Below, one piece after another: positions 15,136 through 28,719 of a stretch of DNA of 64,000 nucleotides. Each line of letters starts with the position of its first letter. The first letter of the stretch is position 1. A program made the position numbers and the translations under genes. The stretch spans positions 15,190,001-15,254,000 of the forward strand of contig JAQFVV010000008.1 of the NCBI GenBank assembly GCA_028023455.1, read 5' to 3'. This DNA comes from Epiperipatus broadwayi. Lineage: Eukaryota > Animalia > Onychophora. Below the pieces are notes generated by a model. It worked only from the letters and a program-made list of their open reading frames with translations, was not told where the DNA came from and made no database searches.

Positions 15136-18100
15136 CACATGCATACATATACATTTATGTGTATTTAATTTTTGTTTTGAAACAAAAAAAATAATAATTT
15201 GTGCAACGACTTTAAATTAGCTCTGATTTCATGTAAGTTGTTAGGGATCAAGCTTTTCTTATCCTTCCAGTTGCTATCATTATTTTTTATTAACTTTTAG
15301 GGGTTATAAAACAACACACAATGATCCAACTAGTCACTGCCGTATTAAAATTTTAAGGAAGGTTTTTTTTTTTTTTTGGTATATATGTCAAGAAATTTTA
15401 CTATAAGCCTTTGCAGTAAGAAATATTATTCTGTGATAAATAATAATGTCTTCATTATATTCTACATTTACAGTACAGGACATTTAATTTTTATCAATTT
15501 GTTAAATTCCATCTATTTTAGAATATAAAATTGTTTTTATTTAATATATTAATGGTTCTGCTTATCAAAACTTTTTTTTTTTAAGTTTTACTATTATAAA
15601 TATATTTAAATAGTTCTTTTTAATATGTGGATGAGAAAATATATTCTTTTTTTTTTCCTTTCCACATTCAAATCATACAGTCAGAATAACATTAACCACA
15701 AAAAAACAACCTTTATCATCATGACAGCCACTTTTGTTTTATAGTCAGCATTAAATTTTAAGAATTTATTATTATTTTTTATTACAACTAAACTTTCTGA
15801 ATTGTTGATACATATAAATACGCACATATATATAACTATTGTGGTATGTCTTCAACCAGTGATTGACCTAATGGTTTGAGTGTCTATACAAAGGCTGAGA
15901 AGGCAAATTCTTGAGCATGCATTTAATTTTGTGATTTCTACTTTAAATATGTACATCGCATATGAACTTCCAATCTTGAGCATTTAATTCATACATATAT
16001 GGAAACATTTATTTATTTTTGAAAAATTAGAAATTTGATGTTCATGATTTGTGTTTTGTGACATTTCTAATTAATTTGACAAGTGTAACATAATTTTTAT
16101 GATTATGAACTGTGTTTTAAAGATAAAAAATTGCTTAGAGGATTTAAAAATATTTTTTAAATATTTTTTTAAATTGGCTGCTTGATTAATTATCACTGCC
16201 ATTGCTTTTTTTTCTTTTAAAAAAAAAGCCATTCCCAAACCCCTGAAGTAAATATTATATTGATGGTATTGGAAGGCTAATAAAGTATATATATAATCTT
16301 TTTTTGATTGATTGATTTTTTTTAAGTAATATTAATGATGTTAAACAAGAAAAGCTCTGATTTTTAAATATTTTTTATTAGAAATGAAAGAGCAGTTGAT
16401 TTGACTTTTATTCATAGTTTAATATTTTTTGTTGCTAAGAAGGAGATATTAATTTATTTGGTGCTGTGTCAAATATTTGTAGAGATTTTCAATTAAGTAG
16501 TTTTAATATCTGCTTAAAAATATTGAAACATTGAGTTAAAAATTGTCTTTTTTTTTAAAAAAAAAAAAAATAATAATAATACTCTAAATCATTGCACCTT
16601 TCAGAAAAAAAAAGCAATAATATTTTTATTTTTATTGCAAACTATTAAAGTACAACTATATGTTGGGCATTATTTATTTAGTTATAAAATGGATTTTATG
16701 TAATCCATGTAAAATAATATACATTGCTTTCATTTTAATTTAAAATGCAATAAATCTTTTGTATAGTTATTCTTCTATTTATTTTATTACACAGTATAAC
16801 ATTAATCCTTACACTGTTTGGATTTAAAATACTGACCATCTAATTTTTTTTTTTGTTATTAAGTATACATATTTGTTTACTTATCTCTTTTGATTTTAAA
16901 TATGATTTATTATATTCTAAAATAAACTTTGTAAAAAATATTTAACTGTAATTTTTTTTTTTTTATGTATGAAATGATTATATTTTAAATAAAGAAGGAT
17001 CAGTCTGTTCTTTTTTTTTCCTCCTAGTATAAAAATAATAATAATAATAAATTGCATATATTATTATTTCTAAATATATGTTTCCAAAAGAAAAAAAAGT
17101 ATTGATTAATATGAAATAGTTCATTTATGAATGTTTATTCAGAGCTACAAATTACTTAATGTTATAAACCTAAACATTTTAATTAATAATAAATTTTATT
17201 TATTTATTTATTTTGCTCTTTTAAATTGTTTGCTAAATAGCAGGTCTGGCTTTCTTCTATTTTGTTATTACTTTTTTTTTTTTTTTTATGTCTTATACAG
17301 TTTTCCATTTCTCTCACCAGACACTTTTGTAAATTGTTCTCACTATTTGTCTTGTCCACCCAATCTCTTTGCCCAGGCAACTGAGTCTTTTTGTAGTGTC
17401 TTTCATAACAACACTAGGTTTTCAGTCTTTATCATGGAATGATTATTTGGTGGTCGTGCAATAAGAGACCGCCTACATAGCATCATGTGACTAGTGGGAT
17501 AATGTTTTTACCTCTGTTACTGGTCTGGGTGCGGTCTGTATAGGAATTAGATAAACAGATCCAAGTGTGTTTATGTATATAAAGTACAGCTCTTATTATT
17601 ATAATTATTTTTCTCATTTTCTTTGAGAATAAAATTTTATTTCATGTAGATTTTGTTTGATTTTATTTATTATCCATTCATTTACACTAAAAAAAAAATA
17701 TTACTTCAGACAAATACATTTAATTCTCACTCCTTTTTACTCAATATTAAATTGTTCAAATTATCCTGATATCATGAACAGTTAATATTCCTTAATTTAT
17801 AAATTGACATTTACATTTATTTTATAAAGAATAACAAAAGAAAATTAGATGGAGATTTGCAGTGAAAATCCTACTATGTTTTTAGATTATTATTTTTTTA
17901 ATTTGTGCTAGTTTAACATAGTATGCTTGCAATATATTAATTTATTAATGAAACTATTTTTTTTACTTGCATTGAAGAAGAATTTCAGGTACATGAAGCT
18001 TGAATTTGATCTTTATTCAGTTTCTTTTTTAATCCCAATAAAATTATTACAAGGTCTTAGAAATTTCAACATCTGACAGATTTATTTCAAGGTATGAGTT

Positions 18101-21100
18101 AAAAATTAATCAAATATTATTTTTTAAATTCAATCTTGAATAAATGAACAATACAAAATTTTTTAAAGAAGTATTTTATGATAAACTTGAGTCTGGCTTC
18201 ATTTATATTAGAAAGATTTTAAAGAAGTGCAATGTTTACTGTTTTCAAAACTATCAGAGAATTAAATTCTTTAGAGACTACAATTAGACATAATACTGAA
18301 GTATTTCCAAAAAGAAAAGTTTTTTATAAACAAGTTAAATGTTAGTATAACAAAATATCAAATAAACAAAATATTGGACTAGCATGTGTATGTGTACTCA
18401 TTTGTAAGTGCCTGATGAAGATGAATTAAACATTTTTATTAACTGTCTTTAAATGTTTTAATAAGTATTTTTACTGTAGGAAGCTAAAGCTCTTCAGCTT
18501 CTGAAAAAGACATTACTTTGAAGAAACATTTTTTTATTTTATTTTCAAGATAAAGGGTTGTTATCATCCAGGTAAAATTGTAAATTGGAAATAACTTCCA
18601 TGAGAATCATACTATAGAATATTTCTGTGAATTAGGATTTTATGTTCAAGGCAACAACAATCACACTTGTTTACATAATAGTAGTTGAAGTGGGCCAAAG
18701 AGTAATGGTAAAGCTATGCATACAAGAATAAAAGTTCATATTATTATTATATCTAATTATTTTAAATAAATAAAAATGTCTGATTGACATAAACATATTT
18801 CTCTACTGTGAGGATTGCCAATTCCTCTACAAGCTTTATGATAGGGTCATGTGGACTATGACTCTTATTTTGAATATTTCTCTACTGTCTTTTAATTAAG
18901 TTACAAAAAAAAGTGGAAACAATTTTTTAAAATATATTTTTATTGATTATATTATATTTTTGAAAATTAATAAAAACTTAATAGGAAACTTACTCAAATA
19001 AGCATAAGAAATAACAAAACTTTAAGCACTAAAGGTTATCTAAAATTTGATATGAATATTATTGCAAGAAAATTAAAGCTAAAAAGAAAACCTTAATTGG
19101 TAATTTTTTTATTATCTGATAGGGTGCAGATGTAATAAAGAAGTTTTTAATATATTGTACTGTAAAAAAATAATCAATAGATATTAAAATTAATAGATTA
19201 AGTTTTTAAAGAGAAGGAAGATGCTTAGAGAAAGGAAGTAAGAAGAACAGAGTGTCAAATTATCTAATGCAAATGTGTATCTTTATAAAACTTTTTAACA
19301 TCTATCTTTCATATTATTTTCACAAGTTACTTATTATAAAGCTATTGGTAATCTACAGTATTAGAAATTAATAACAAAAAATGAAAAGAAAAAATTGTAT
19401 TAATAAGATATATTTTTAAATTAGTATAGTCAAAGAATTTTTTATTTTTAAAAAAATTAATTTAATTTTAAGATCATTTAAAGAATACTAAAAAAAAAAT
19501 TATTTTTAAAATATCTTTGCAATTAGTCCACTATTAAAATTTTATCTTGATGTTTTTATTTATATTTATTTATTGTTGATTTTATGACTCAAAATGCTAA
19601 AGTATTAATTATATGAGTGTTTATAAGTAAATAATTTATACATTTCAAGAGTTAAAAAAAATTTTTTTAAAGTTTTGTATAATACTGAATCTTTAAATTA
19701 TTTATTATAAAAAAAGTATAAATCACATTTTTTCAATGCAATAAAGAAAAAATCCATAGCAAACAATTGAAATAATTAAAACTGATAATGTGATCATATT
19801 AAACAAATCTATATAAATAGTTGGGGGGAAAAAGATTTATATTACTGAAGTTCAGTAAAGTATAGTATAATTGCAGTTTTTTCTTATATTGAGAAGAATT
19901 TATTTTTATGAATAAGTACAATGAAATAAATTTTGTGCAATTAGGTGAATAATCAGAATTAACTTTTATATAATGAATCTGTGATTTTAATTACTTTTAT
20001 TGATAAAATTAAAAGTATATTCTTTTAATTTTTTGAGAGTTAATGACATCTCAATCAATAAAGAAATTAAAAACCTATATCTAAGGTATGCATAAAAGAA
20101 GTAAGAAGTTAAAAAAAGGAGCCAATTGTAATATTCCATAATATTCATCATTTGATCTAGTTATGAAGTTCAGCTTTAGCTCAACTATTGTGGCCAACAG
20201 AAAAAAAAAAAAGGAAATTGAAAACTAAGTGATCAATAATAAAAGTGAAATTAAATTTTAAAAATTTGTAAAACTATGTTAATGCAATAGATAAACAAAA
20301 AGATTTTGAATGGTATTTAATAAGAATTGAAAATTTTAAAATTAAAAATTCACTTTTTCTTTACACTTTTTTTTTTTACATGCTTTTTATATCTTTTTTG
20401 ATTGAAATTTTGTTAAGTAAATTAGAAAATTAAAAACAATGTGATTGAAATAGTGAAGTCAATGAATGATTGCGATATAAAAACAAAAATTTATTGTATC
20501 ACTGATAAAAAAAATTATGTATATTTTGTATTAACTTGTCTAGGATATTTAAAACATTTTATGCAATAAATGAAAGAGAGAATGAATAACAAATATGTTT
20601 GTGGTTACAACTTTTTTAATTATAAATATTCAAATGACATGATAACACAAAGTAAACCTATTATTTAAAAATTCTGATTTCTAAAGTATTAATGCTTTCT
20701 TCAGTCATAAGTACATGAATATCAAATCCAATTATAAAAATATAATTTTGTTTTTAGAGGAAAATAGGCTTTTTATAAATTAAAAAAAAAAACTATATAG
20801 AGTTTAAATAATGGAGAAGACTAATAAGTCAGAAATATCTGTTCTAGTTGCATGTATGTACAAACCATTAGTGAAGTTACCATCCAAAACTGAAATGAGC
20901 TACTCTATAAATTTCAAAAATAAACATTAGATTAGTAAGTAATGATGAATACAAATATATAAAAAATTAAAATAGTGACAATGGCAAATATTAATTTTTT
21001 CCAAAATGTTTGTATTGATATTTATTGAATATATTTGTTTTCAGTCATTATTTGTTTGCTGAATATATTATTTTCATATTTGATTTTAAATTTGTTAACT

Positions 21101-21219
21101 GTATTTTCAAATTCTTTGGTTTTGCCATTATAATTGAATTTTGTTATTGCTAATAAAATTTCTCATCAAATGTATGTCTTGTTCTTACCTATTAAACATA
21201 TTTGTTTTCCATTATTGCT

Positions 21220-24200
21220 TGTTTGCTAAATAACAATAGTTAAATTACAATACAGAGAAAAAAAAATATGTTTAATAAAAACTCATGTGAACTGACTAAT
21301 GGATATACAAACTGCCATTTACATGCATGTGTGTGTCGCTTTAAATAAAAGTGTAAACTGCCTAACGGTTAAAAGAAACATTAATTCATGAACATCATTA
21401 AAGATTATTATTGTGGAAATGATAATAATACTGTAAAGGAAAAAAGAAAAATGCTTGATATGCAAAAGAATTGGGTAGTTTAGAACAAAATTTTAAGCAT
21501 TTCAAACTTTATTTAATCTGCATTTCAAATAGAAGTTTTAATAATTAACTTGTCCATTTTTATAGAAAATCAGTGGTGGGTTTGAAAAAAATATGTTGAA
21601 ATTGATAACATTTTAAAGATTATAATTAAAAGTCAGCAGTAATTTTTCCTCCTTCCTATGTTAACAAAATAAAGAGAGAAAAAGACAAGCTATTTGTTTC
21701 TCTTCTTTTATTTATAAAAAAAATATGTACTAAAATTTGTATCCACATGTTTTGGAGAGTAAAGGGGATGTCTTTCAAAAAAATTTATTGTAATGATGCA
21801 AATGTCATATATCCCCTAATCGAAGCTGTATATGTTTGAACAATATCAATTGGTATAAATAGGTCAGAAACAAGCAACTAGGGATGCTTATTACTATCAT
21901 TCTAATTCTAGGATCCCAGCAGTTCATTCCATATTGCTTTGCATTAGAGTGCAGTCTACTATTGAAGCCCTGTTGCCAGGAGCTATGCTGAAAAGAAGCA
22001 ACCACTGATTAAATTTTTTTTCCCATTGTGAGCTATATTTTATTGCCTCTAAGTATTTTTCAATATTCCACTTACAACAGTCAGTATGATGAATTTACTT
22101 AGTAGAAACCCATCTTTTATTTAATTTAAATACCCCTCTTCCATCTACTGTTATTTAAAAATACCATATAGGGGAAAAATTTACTTTTACATAATTGATG
22201 CAACCAATGTTTTGGAGCATGAACATCCCTTTATTCTGTTGAATTTCAGTCTTGTAAGATACATATTTGTTTAACCACTTTTGTGACTTGAATGTACCCT
22301 TTCTTATGCTTAATTTTATGTATGTTTAGTTACATAATGTATTGGATATTAAAGCATGAATAAATTTAGCATATTGTGTATTATAAATAAATAAAATGAA
22401 ATGTTTTGGATTGAGAAAAAAAATATGTACTAATATGAAAGCAGCAGGTTGTGTGTAGGAAGGCAATGTAATATTTAATAAACAGCAGTATATATAAAAA
22501 TAAACATGTTAGAGGTATATCATGTTTTTCTGGAGAAGATTGTATATGAAGGTTGAGACTGGTGTGTGTTTAATTAATGATAGAATATATATAAAGGAAG
22601 TATTTAAGTTTGTAAATCTGCAAAAAAGGAATCAATAAGAGAGAAATTTATAGAACATTTTATATAAATGATAACCCAAAAATAAAAAGGTTCGAACCTC
22701 AATTAAATATTGATCCATCAGCAACACGAGCCAATACAGTCATTAGAATTCTGGAAAAAACTATCCTGACAGTACAAAAGAACAAAAAACAGATACATTT
22801 AATAATGAAATGCTGTATGCATTTCTGAAAGAATTTAAAAATGAATTTTATACAAAAAAAAAAAGCTCGACAAAAATCTGAGGAATCACAACCGAGATAT
22901 CAAGAAATGCTGCAACAAAAATTTGAAGAAATCAAGAAAGGCCACAACAAAATTTGAAGAAATACAACAAATATTTGAAGAAACAACAAATAAATCAAGA
23001 AAGATTGAAACAAAAATTTGAAAAAATAACAAAGAAATTAGGAAATGCTAAAAGAAATAAAAATAAAGAAATGCATTCACAAAATGAAGAAAAACATCAA
23101 AAAGGAGAGTGAATTAAAAGAAATGCATTCAAAATTTGAACAAATGTAGAGAAACAACAAAATTTTGAAGAAAAATGCATTCAGAGGAAAAAAGTTTGAA
23201 GAAATGCATTTAAAACTTGAAGAAAAGCAACAAAAAAGAAGTGAATTTAAAGAAGTGCATCAAAAAATAAAAATTTGAAACAGTACAAGAGACCATAAGT
23301 AGCTGGAAATAGCAAATACAAGAGCAAGTGCAACAGAAAATAGAGTGTGGAAAGAATATTGCATAGTGATTTACAAGAAATGGTTCAAGTATTTATTGCA
23401 TCCAGTGAAAATAAATTGCAGGACAGTGTTCAATCTATAGTAGAAAGATTAGAAAAATTGGAAGTGAAGAAAGATGATCAAATGCAAGATTAATTTAAAG
23501 AAAAACTCTTAGACATGCAAGAGAAAATCCAGAAAACTCAGAAGTAGTTGGAATCATGAGTGACATAAAAATGGATTAGGCAAAGATGAAAAGAAGTCAC
23601 AAAATTGGTTTATAGAAATGAGAAGAATTTAAAGAAGAGAGTAAAAATGAAACTAGATACAAAAGAAAACCATAAAACAACAATTATAGGATAGTACAGA
23701 AGTTATGAGACATTTAGCTGTATAAATCAATTTCTAAAACTTCAGAAGTGAAGCAGGAAAGACGCCCATGGAAAACCTTGATAGTTTGGAGAATTATTTC
23801 CAGTTGAACTAGTTAACAGAAAAAGAGCAAGTGACCATTGCTTATAATCATTTATAAGAACCTACTAAGGAATAGTGAAACTCGTTAATAAAGAAACCAA
23901 TCATCTATTCGGTATACAGAGAACAAATTTAAATAATTTTTGGTCTGAAGAGTACAAGAAGCAGTCATATCAAATTATGCAGGTAAGATACAGGTATTTA
24001 AAAAGCAAGCATGAAAATTAAGGACATCTGCATGTGGCATGACAAAACCAGATCATCAGAATTACTTGACATAACCTACCTTTTTGGGTTGAACAGATGA
24101 TCATCACTGAACTAAAAACCATAAAACAAGAGGCTGAGTTTTTAAATGCCATCAACATGAACCATCAGGATGGAGAAAGCAAGTTCACATCAAAGCAGCA

Positions 24201-26300
24201 GTCTGATAAAATGAGTGAGGGCGCCTCTTGGTTGTACCAGAATAAAAGATGACAGAAGATTTGACTCTATAGGTGGTGGTGAAAGAGAAGAAACAGTTCT
24301 GGTAACAGATAAAGCACACATAATACATCATTCTAGAAGCTTTCTTAGCCCAAGAAAACATGACATTTTAGAAAACTCTCCAGAAAATTCATCATGTACA
24401 GTTCTGGTAACAGATAAAGCACACATAATACATCATTCTAGAAGCTTTCTTAGCCCAAGAAAACATGACATTTTAGAAAATTCTCCAGAAAATTCATCAT
24501 GTTTAGGAAATAGTACTGGAATAGAAAGAGAAGTAGATTCAGAAAATGTAAAGTATGGGATCCAAATCAACAGTGACCCGGAAAGAGAGCAGAACATATT
24601 TCAAATCCATTTGGATGAAGATTCCACCACTAATGAAAGTTTTTTTAGTTGTAAAACTTGATGCTAGAAAAATAAAGACTGACTTATTTCTTGTTAACTC
24701 TAAATCTATTAAAAGGAAAATGTTTTAAACAGAAAGAAAATTATATGAGTTAAAAGATAAAATACATGACATTTCCAAAAGTGATATTAAAATTACTAAA
24801 AAGAGAATTTATTAACTTGTTAGAAAGCAAGAGAGATTTATTTATATTGAAAAAATTTAAATGTTGGAAATAATTATGAAGCATAGAACCAGGATAGTTA
24901 TTGATTGATTTATGCAGAGGATGAAAAAAATGCTTCTATAGTTTGTTTAGTCATATTCTTTTTTTAGTGATGTATTGGGATTTACTCATGTACATGAGAC
25001 ACTGTTGCCATGTTACAAGAAAGTGTACATTCTCAGGTGCTACCACATTTTTTTCCCAAGTAATTTATTCACCTGTATGGCTCAGAGGAAGCAAGGTGCA
25101 GTTCAAGTATTTGTGAAATTTATCAGCCTCTAAGCTAAGCAGTAAGACATATCTTTAGCTCATCAGAAGTCTAACAGATAATCCTAGTGTTTATATTTCA
25201 GCATACATCTTAATGTTCTATGATGGAATTTTTATAGATTCTAGACTACCTATGCATTTTTATAGCATTTAGTATCAAGTAAATATTTGCATATTATAAA
25301 CATGGATTCTGTAAAATGCTATTTGTGAAACTGAGAGAAATATAAAAAAATAATTACAGAAATGAATAAATTTTGTAGTAAGAATACAAATGAGAAATGA
25401 AAAGTGACCCTGTCCCATTATCTCATCTTAAAGGGAGATTTGTAGCTATAACAATGGTACTACAATGCAGAGAAGAAGAAAAATATGTTTGAACTGACAA
25501 TTGTATGTGCAAGTCACTTAAGAAGTAAAAAGTGTAAATTGCCTAAAGGTTAAAAGAAAAATTAATTCCTACACATTATTAAAGATTGTTAAACATATGT
25601 AAATGAGATATTAGCTTAATGGCTGATTATTACTATTAAAGATTGTTAAGTATTATTTTGTTATATGTGAAAAACAAGGGAATGATAATAATGCTGTAGA
25701 AGAAGAAAGAAAAATGCTCAGTACATGAAAAATCTGCCTTTTAAATTGAAGTTTTAACAACTTGTCCATTTTTAAAGAAAATAGGATAGTGGATTGGGGG
25801 GGTGGGGTGTTAAAACAACATTTTAACAAATTTAAAGTCGGCAGAGAATTTTTCTTTTTTCCTGTATTAACAAAAAAAAAGACAAACTAATTGTTTCATT
25901 TATTTATTAAAAAACATGATATAATGTACTAAATTTTGTATTAACAACATGTTTTGGAAAGAGTAAAGGAAGTGTTTTTCAAAAATATTGTAATGACGCA
26001 AAAGTCATATCTCGTAGCTGGTGACATGTTTGAACAACAATTTGGTATAAATAGGTGAGGAGCAAGCAACTAAGGATGGTTATTACTATCATTCTAATTC
26101 TAGAATCCTAGTAGTTCATTCCATATTGCTTTGCATTAGGTGCAGTCTACTATTGAAGCCTCATTGCCGTGATCCATGTTGAAAAGAGAAACAACTGCTG
26201 ATTAAAATTTTATTTTCCATGGTAAGCCATATTTTACTGAGTTTTTATTTTTCAATACTCCAGTTACTATGTTGATTTTATTTAGAAGAAATCCATCTAC
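21220..26300 (+). mobile_element. Decayed gag-only Gypsy-like LTR retrotransposon with two diverged LTRs (~21220-22150 and 25441-26300)
   Basis: Direct repeats of ~850-900 bp, e.g. a shared block TATAAATAGGT...GCAAGCAACTA...TTACTATCATTCTAATTCTAG. Polypurine tract AAAGGGAGA (25430-38) is followed by TT and TGTAG at 25441. The interior has coiled-coil AAATTTGAAGAA repeats and broken gag-like motifs (MENLDSLENYFQLN; EKEQVTIAYNHL; FWSE). No pol is seen, and no PBS or TSD was recognised. Confidence 0.7.
24293..24502 (+). repeat. Near-perfect 105-bp tandem duplication (35 aa in frame) inside the LTR element
   Basis: Unit ACAGTTCTGGTAACAGATAAAGC...TCATCATGT starts at 24293 and at 24398 with one substitution. 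The ORF 24215-24661 shows TVLVTDKAHIIHHSRSFLSPRKHDILENSPENSSC twice. Confidence 0.95.
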
Positions 26301-26614
26301 CATTTATGGCTAAATAACTATAAACCATATCAGTCAAAACGTACCTGGAAATGCAGTTGGATCCAGAAATTAGTGCTGATATTTGATAAACCAGCTTGTG
26401 CAACACCTCTATAATGCTATGAAGGAAAAAATATATAGTGGGTCCCCAATCTTTTTGCACTTAAGAGCACATTCTATAATACCGGCCAGGTGGCAGGCAT
26501 CATTTATTTTTTCAATGTAAATTTATAGTTGGATATTGTTAATAATACACATAATGTACAAAAAAATATTTATTTCAATTTAACATAATTAACATTTATA
26601 TTTTTATATAAATT

Positions 26615-27922
26615 CATCATCATCATTATCAATCCACTGCAGGATGAAGGTCTCTCCAAGTTTAATTCATCTTCTCCGATCTTTAGCTTCTCTTCTCCAC
26701 ATCACCCCTACACATTTTCTTATTTCATCCATCCATCTTACATGTGGTCTCCTTCTGGGTCTTTTACAATCTCTTGGAATCCAGTTTAAAATTTCAATTG
26801 TCCATCTATTATCATCTCTTCTAGCAATATGTCCAGCCCAACTCCACTTCAATCTTTTAATTTTTTCAATGAGGTTAGTAACACCTGTTTGTTCTCTTAC
26901 CCATACATTGCGTTTTCGATCTCTTCTTGTTACTCCCAACATACATCTCTCCATACTTCTTTGAGTGGTCTGAAGTCTCTGTATTGATCTTCTATTAAGT
27001 GTCCAAGTCTCAGATCCATAAGTAAGAACTGGTAAAACACATTTGTTAAAAACCTTTCTTTTCAAACACATAGGCATATTTCCTTTTAATATCAAGTTAT
27101 TTCTACCAAAAGCACTCCAACCAAGTTTAATTCTATGATTAATTTCCTCTATTATGTTTCCATCTGTATTAATAATCTGACCAAGGTATTTGTAACTCTT
27201 AACTTCTTTTAATTCATCATAATCAATCTTTATTTTCATATTTTGAGCAAATCGATTAAACATTACTTTAGTCTTTTTAACATTTATCTTTAGTCCTACT
27301 TTCATCTGATAACTCCTGCAACATTTCCTGCAGCTCGGAAGCATTATTTGCAAAAACAACTACATCATCTGCGAAATCTAAATGACTTAAATAATCTCCA
27401 TTTACTTTCACTCCTTTAGTTTCCCATTTTAATCCACAAAATACTTCTTGCAGCACTGCTGTAAAAAGTTTTGGAGATATGGAGTCACCTTGTCTTACAC
27501 CTTTCTCAATGTTGACTTTCCCAGTATCATTATGTAATCTAATTGTTGCTGTTGCATTTTTATAAATATTCTTTAAAATATGACAATATCCTGGATCTAT
27601 ACCTTGATGATCCAATGCTTTAATCACTGAAGAAATGTTTATAGAATCAAATGCCTTTTCATAATCTACAAATCCAAAACATAATGACAACTCATATTCA
27701 TTTGTCCTTTCTATAACTTCTCTCAATACTTGAATATGATCTACTGTACTAAAACCACTTTTAAATCCAGCTTGTTCACTTGGTTGGTGAAAATCCAAGG
27801 TTCTCTGTAGACGAGTTGTAAAGATGTACCGGATGATTGGAAGAATGCTGTAATAATATTAATATTTAAAAAAGGTGATAAAGAAGATATTAGAAATTAC
27901 AGACCTATCAGCCTTTTATCAG
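26615..27922 (-). mobile_element. 5'-truncated RTE-clade LINE (RT domain plus C-terminus) with a (TGA)n tail and a 5' inversion
   Basis: ORFs 27277-27798 and 26667-27359 give QPSEQAGF, FVDYEKAFDSI, GVRQGDSISPKLF, LDFADD, YKYLG, PVLTYGSETW and WSWAGHIARR. One frameshift. CAT-repeat tail at 26615-26631. TTTTATATAAATT direct repeat at 26602-14 and 27923-35. Confidence 0.95.
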
Positions 27923-27935
27923 TTTTATATAAATT
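27823..27935 (+). mobile_element. Inverted 5' segment of the same RTE element (start of the RT domain)
   Basis: The plus strand translates [38 protein letters not shown], the motif that normally lies immediately before the [14 protein letters not shown] sequence read on minus from 27822. Confidence 0.92.
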
Positions 27936-28719
27936 ACTAAATTATATATAATATTACAAATCAATGCTATCTTTGGCACTGCACTTCATTGGCAATCGCT
28001 TCACAATTAGGGGAGTATGATGATATTCCTGCTCGTAAGCAATCATCAAGATGTTTGTCACTCAGTCGAGATCTGTATTATTTGTATCATTTTATCATGT
28101 TCAGTTAGCGGCGGGCAAATCTAAAATGGTCTGAGGGCACCATGGTGCCCGCAGGCATAGAGTTGGGGACCCCTGGTATAGTGCCATATAAACCCTCAAT
28201 ATCTTTATATTGTATACCTCTTAGAATGTCATCACTGTTGCTGCATTTTCTCTTTCTAACATTACCGGTATTCAAGGAGATCATCATCAGAAAAACTTGG
28301 AAGACAACAGCAAAGTATTTAAAGAATGGTATCTGAAAAAACATAATTAGTGACTTTTAATATTTAACATGGTGTTATATATTGAAGCTGTGCATATATA
28401 TATAAATATATGCTGGCTTCACTGTGGACTAACTAAGATCCTAAGTCCAACCACAGTGAATGTATGTTTCTTTTTCAAACTAAATTTATCGTTTTCTCAA
28501 ATAGTTGCCTAAATTAAAGAAGAAATTGTGTTAAAGAGAAAAGATTTAATAAAATATAGAAAGTTGAAATTATATTTGCAACTATTTTTAAAATATATTT
28601 GGTAGAATTCGATAAGATAAAAATTTTCTTAATTAAATAGAATCCATTAAGAAAAGGAATTTAATTAATAAAACATTTTTCTGAGTTAGATAAAATAATA
28701 GATAACAGGAAAAATTTGA

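Larger units (their letters stand above)
26441..28174. mobile_element. Non-autonomous hAT (Charlie-like) MITE of ~410 bp, interrupted by the RTE LINE
   Basis: The right end reads GTTGGGGACCCCTG (= CAGGGGTCCCCAAC on minus) at 28174. The left end is an eroded GGTCCCCAATCTTTTT at 26441. Flanks ATATAGTG (26433-40) and GTATAGTG (28175-82) form a 7/8 matching 8-bp TSD. Confidence 0.6.

Noticed and set aside
25095-25170. Minus-strand CTGATGA-GCTAA...TTAGC as a hammerhead
   Set aside because: No GAAA after stem II and no stems I or III.
28417-28461. Small hairpin TTCACTGTGG...CCACAGTGAA as a Helitron 3' end
   Set aside because: No CTRR terminus follows it.
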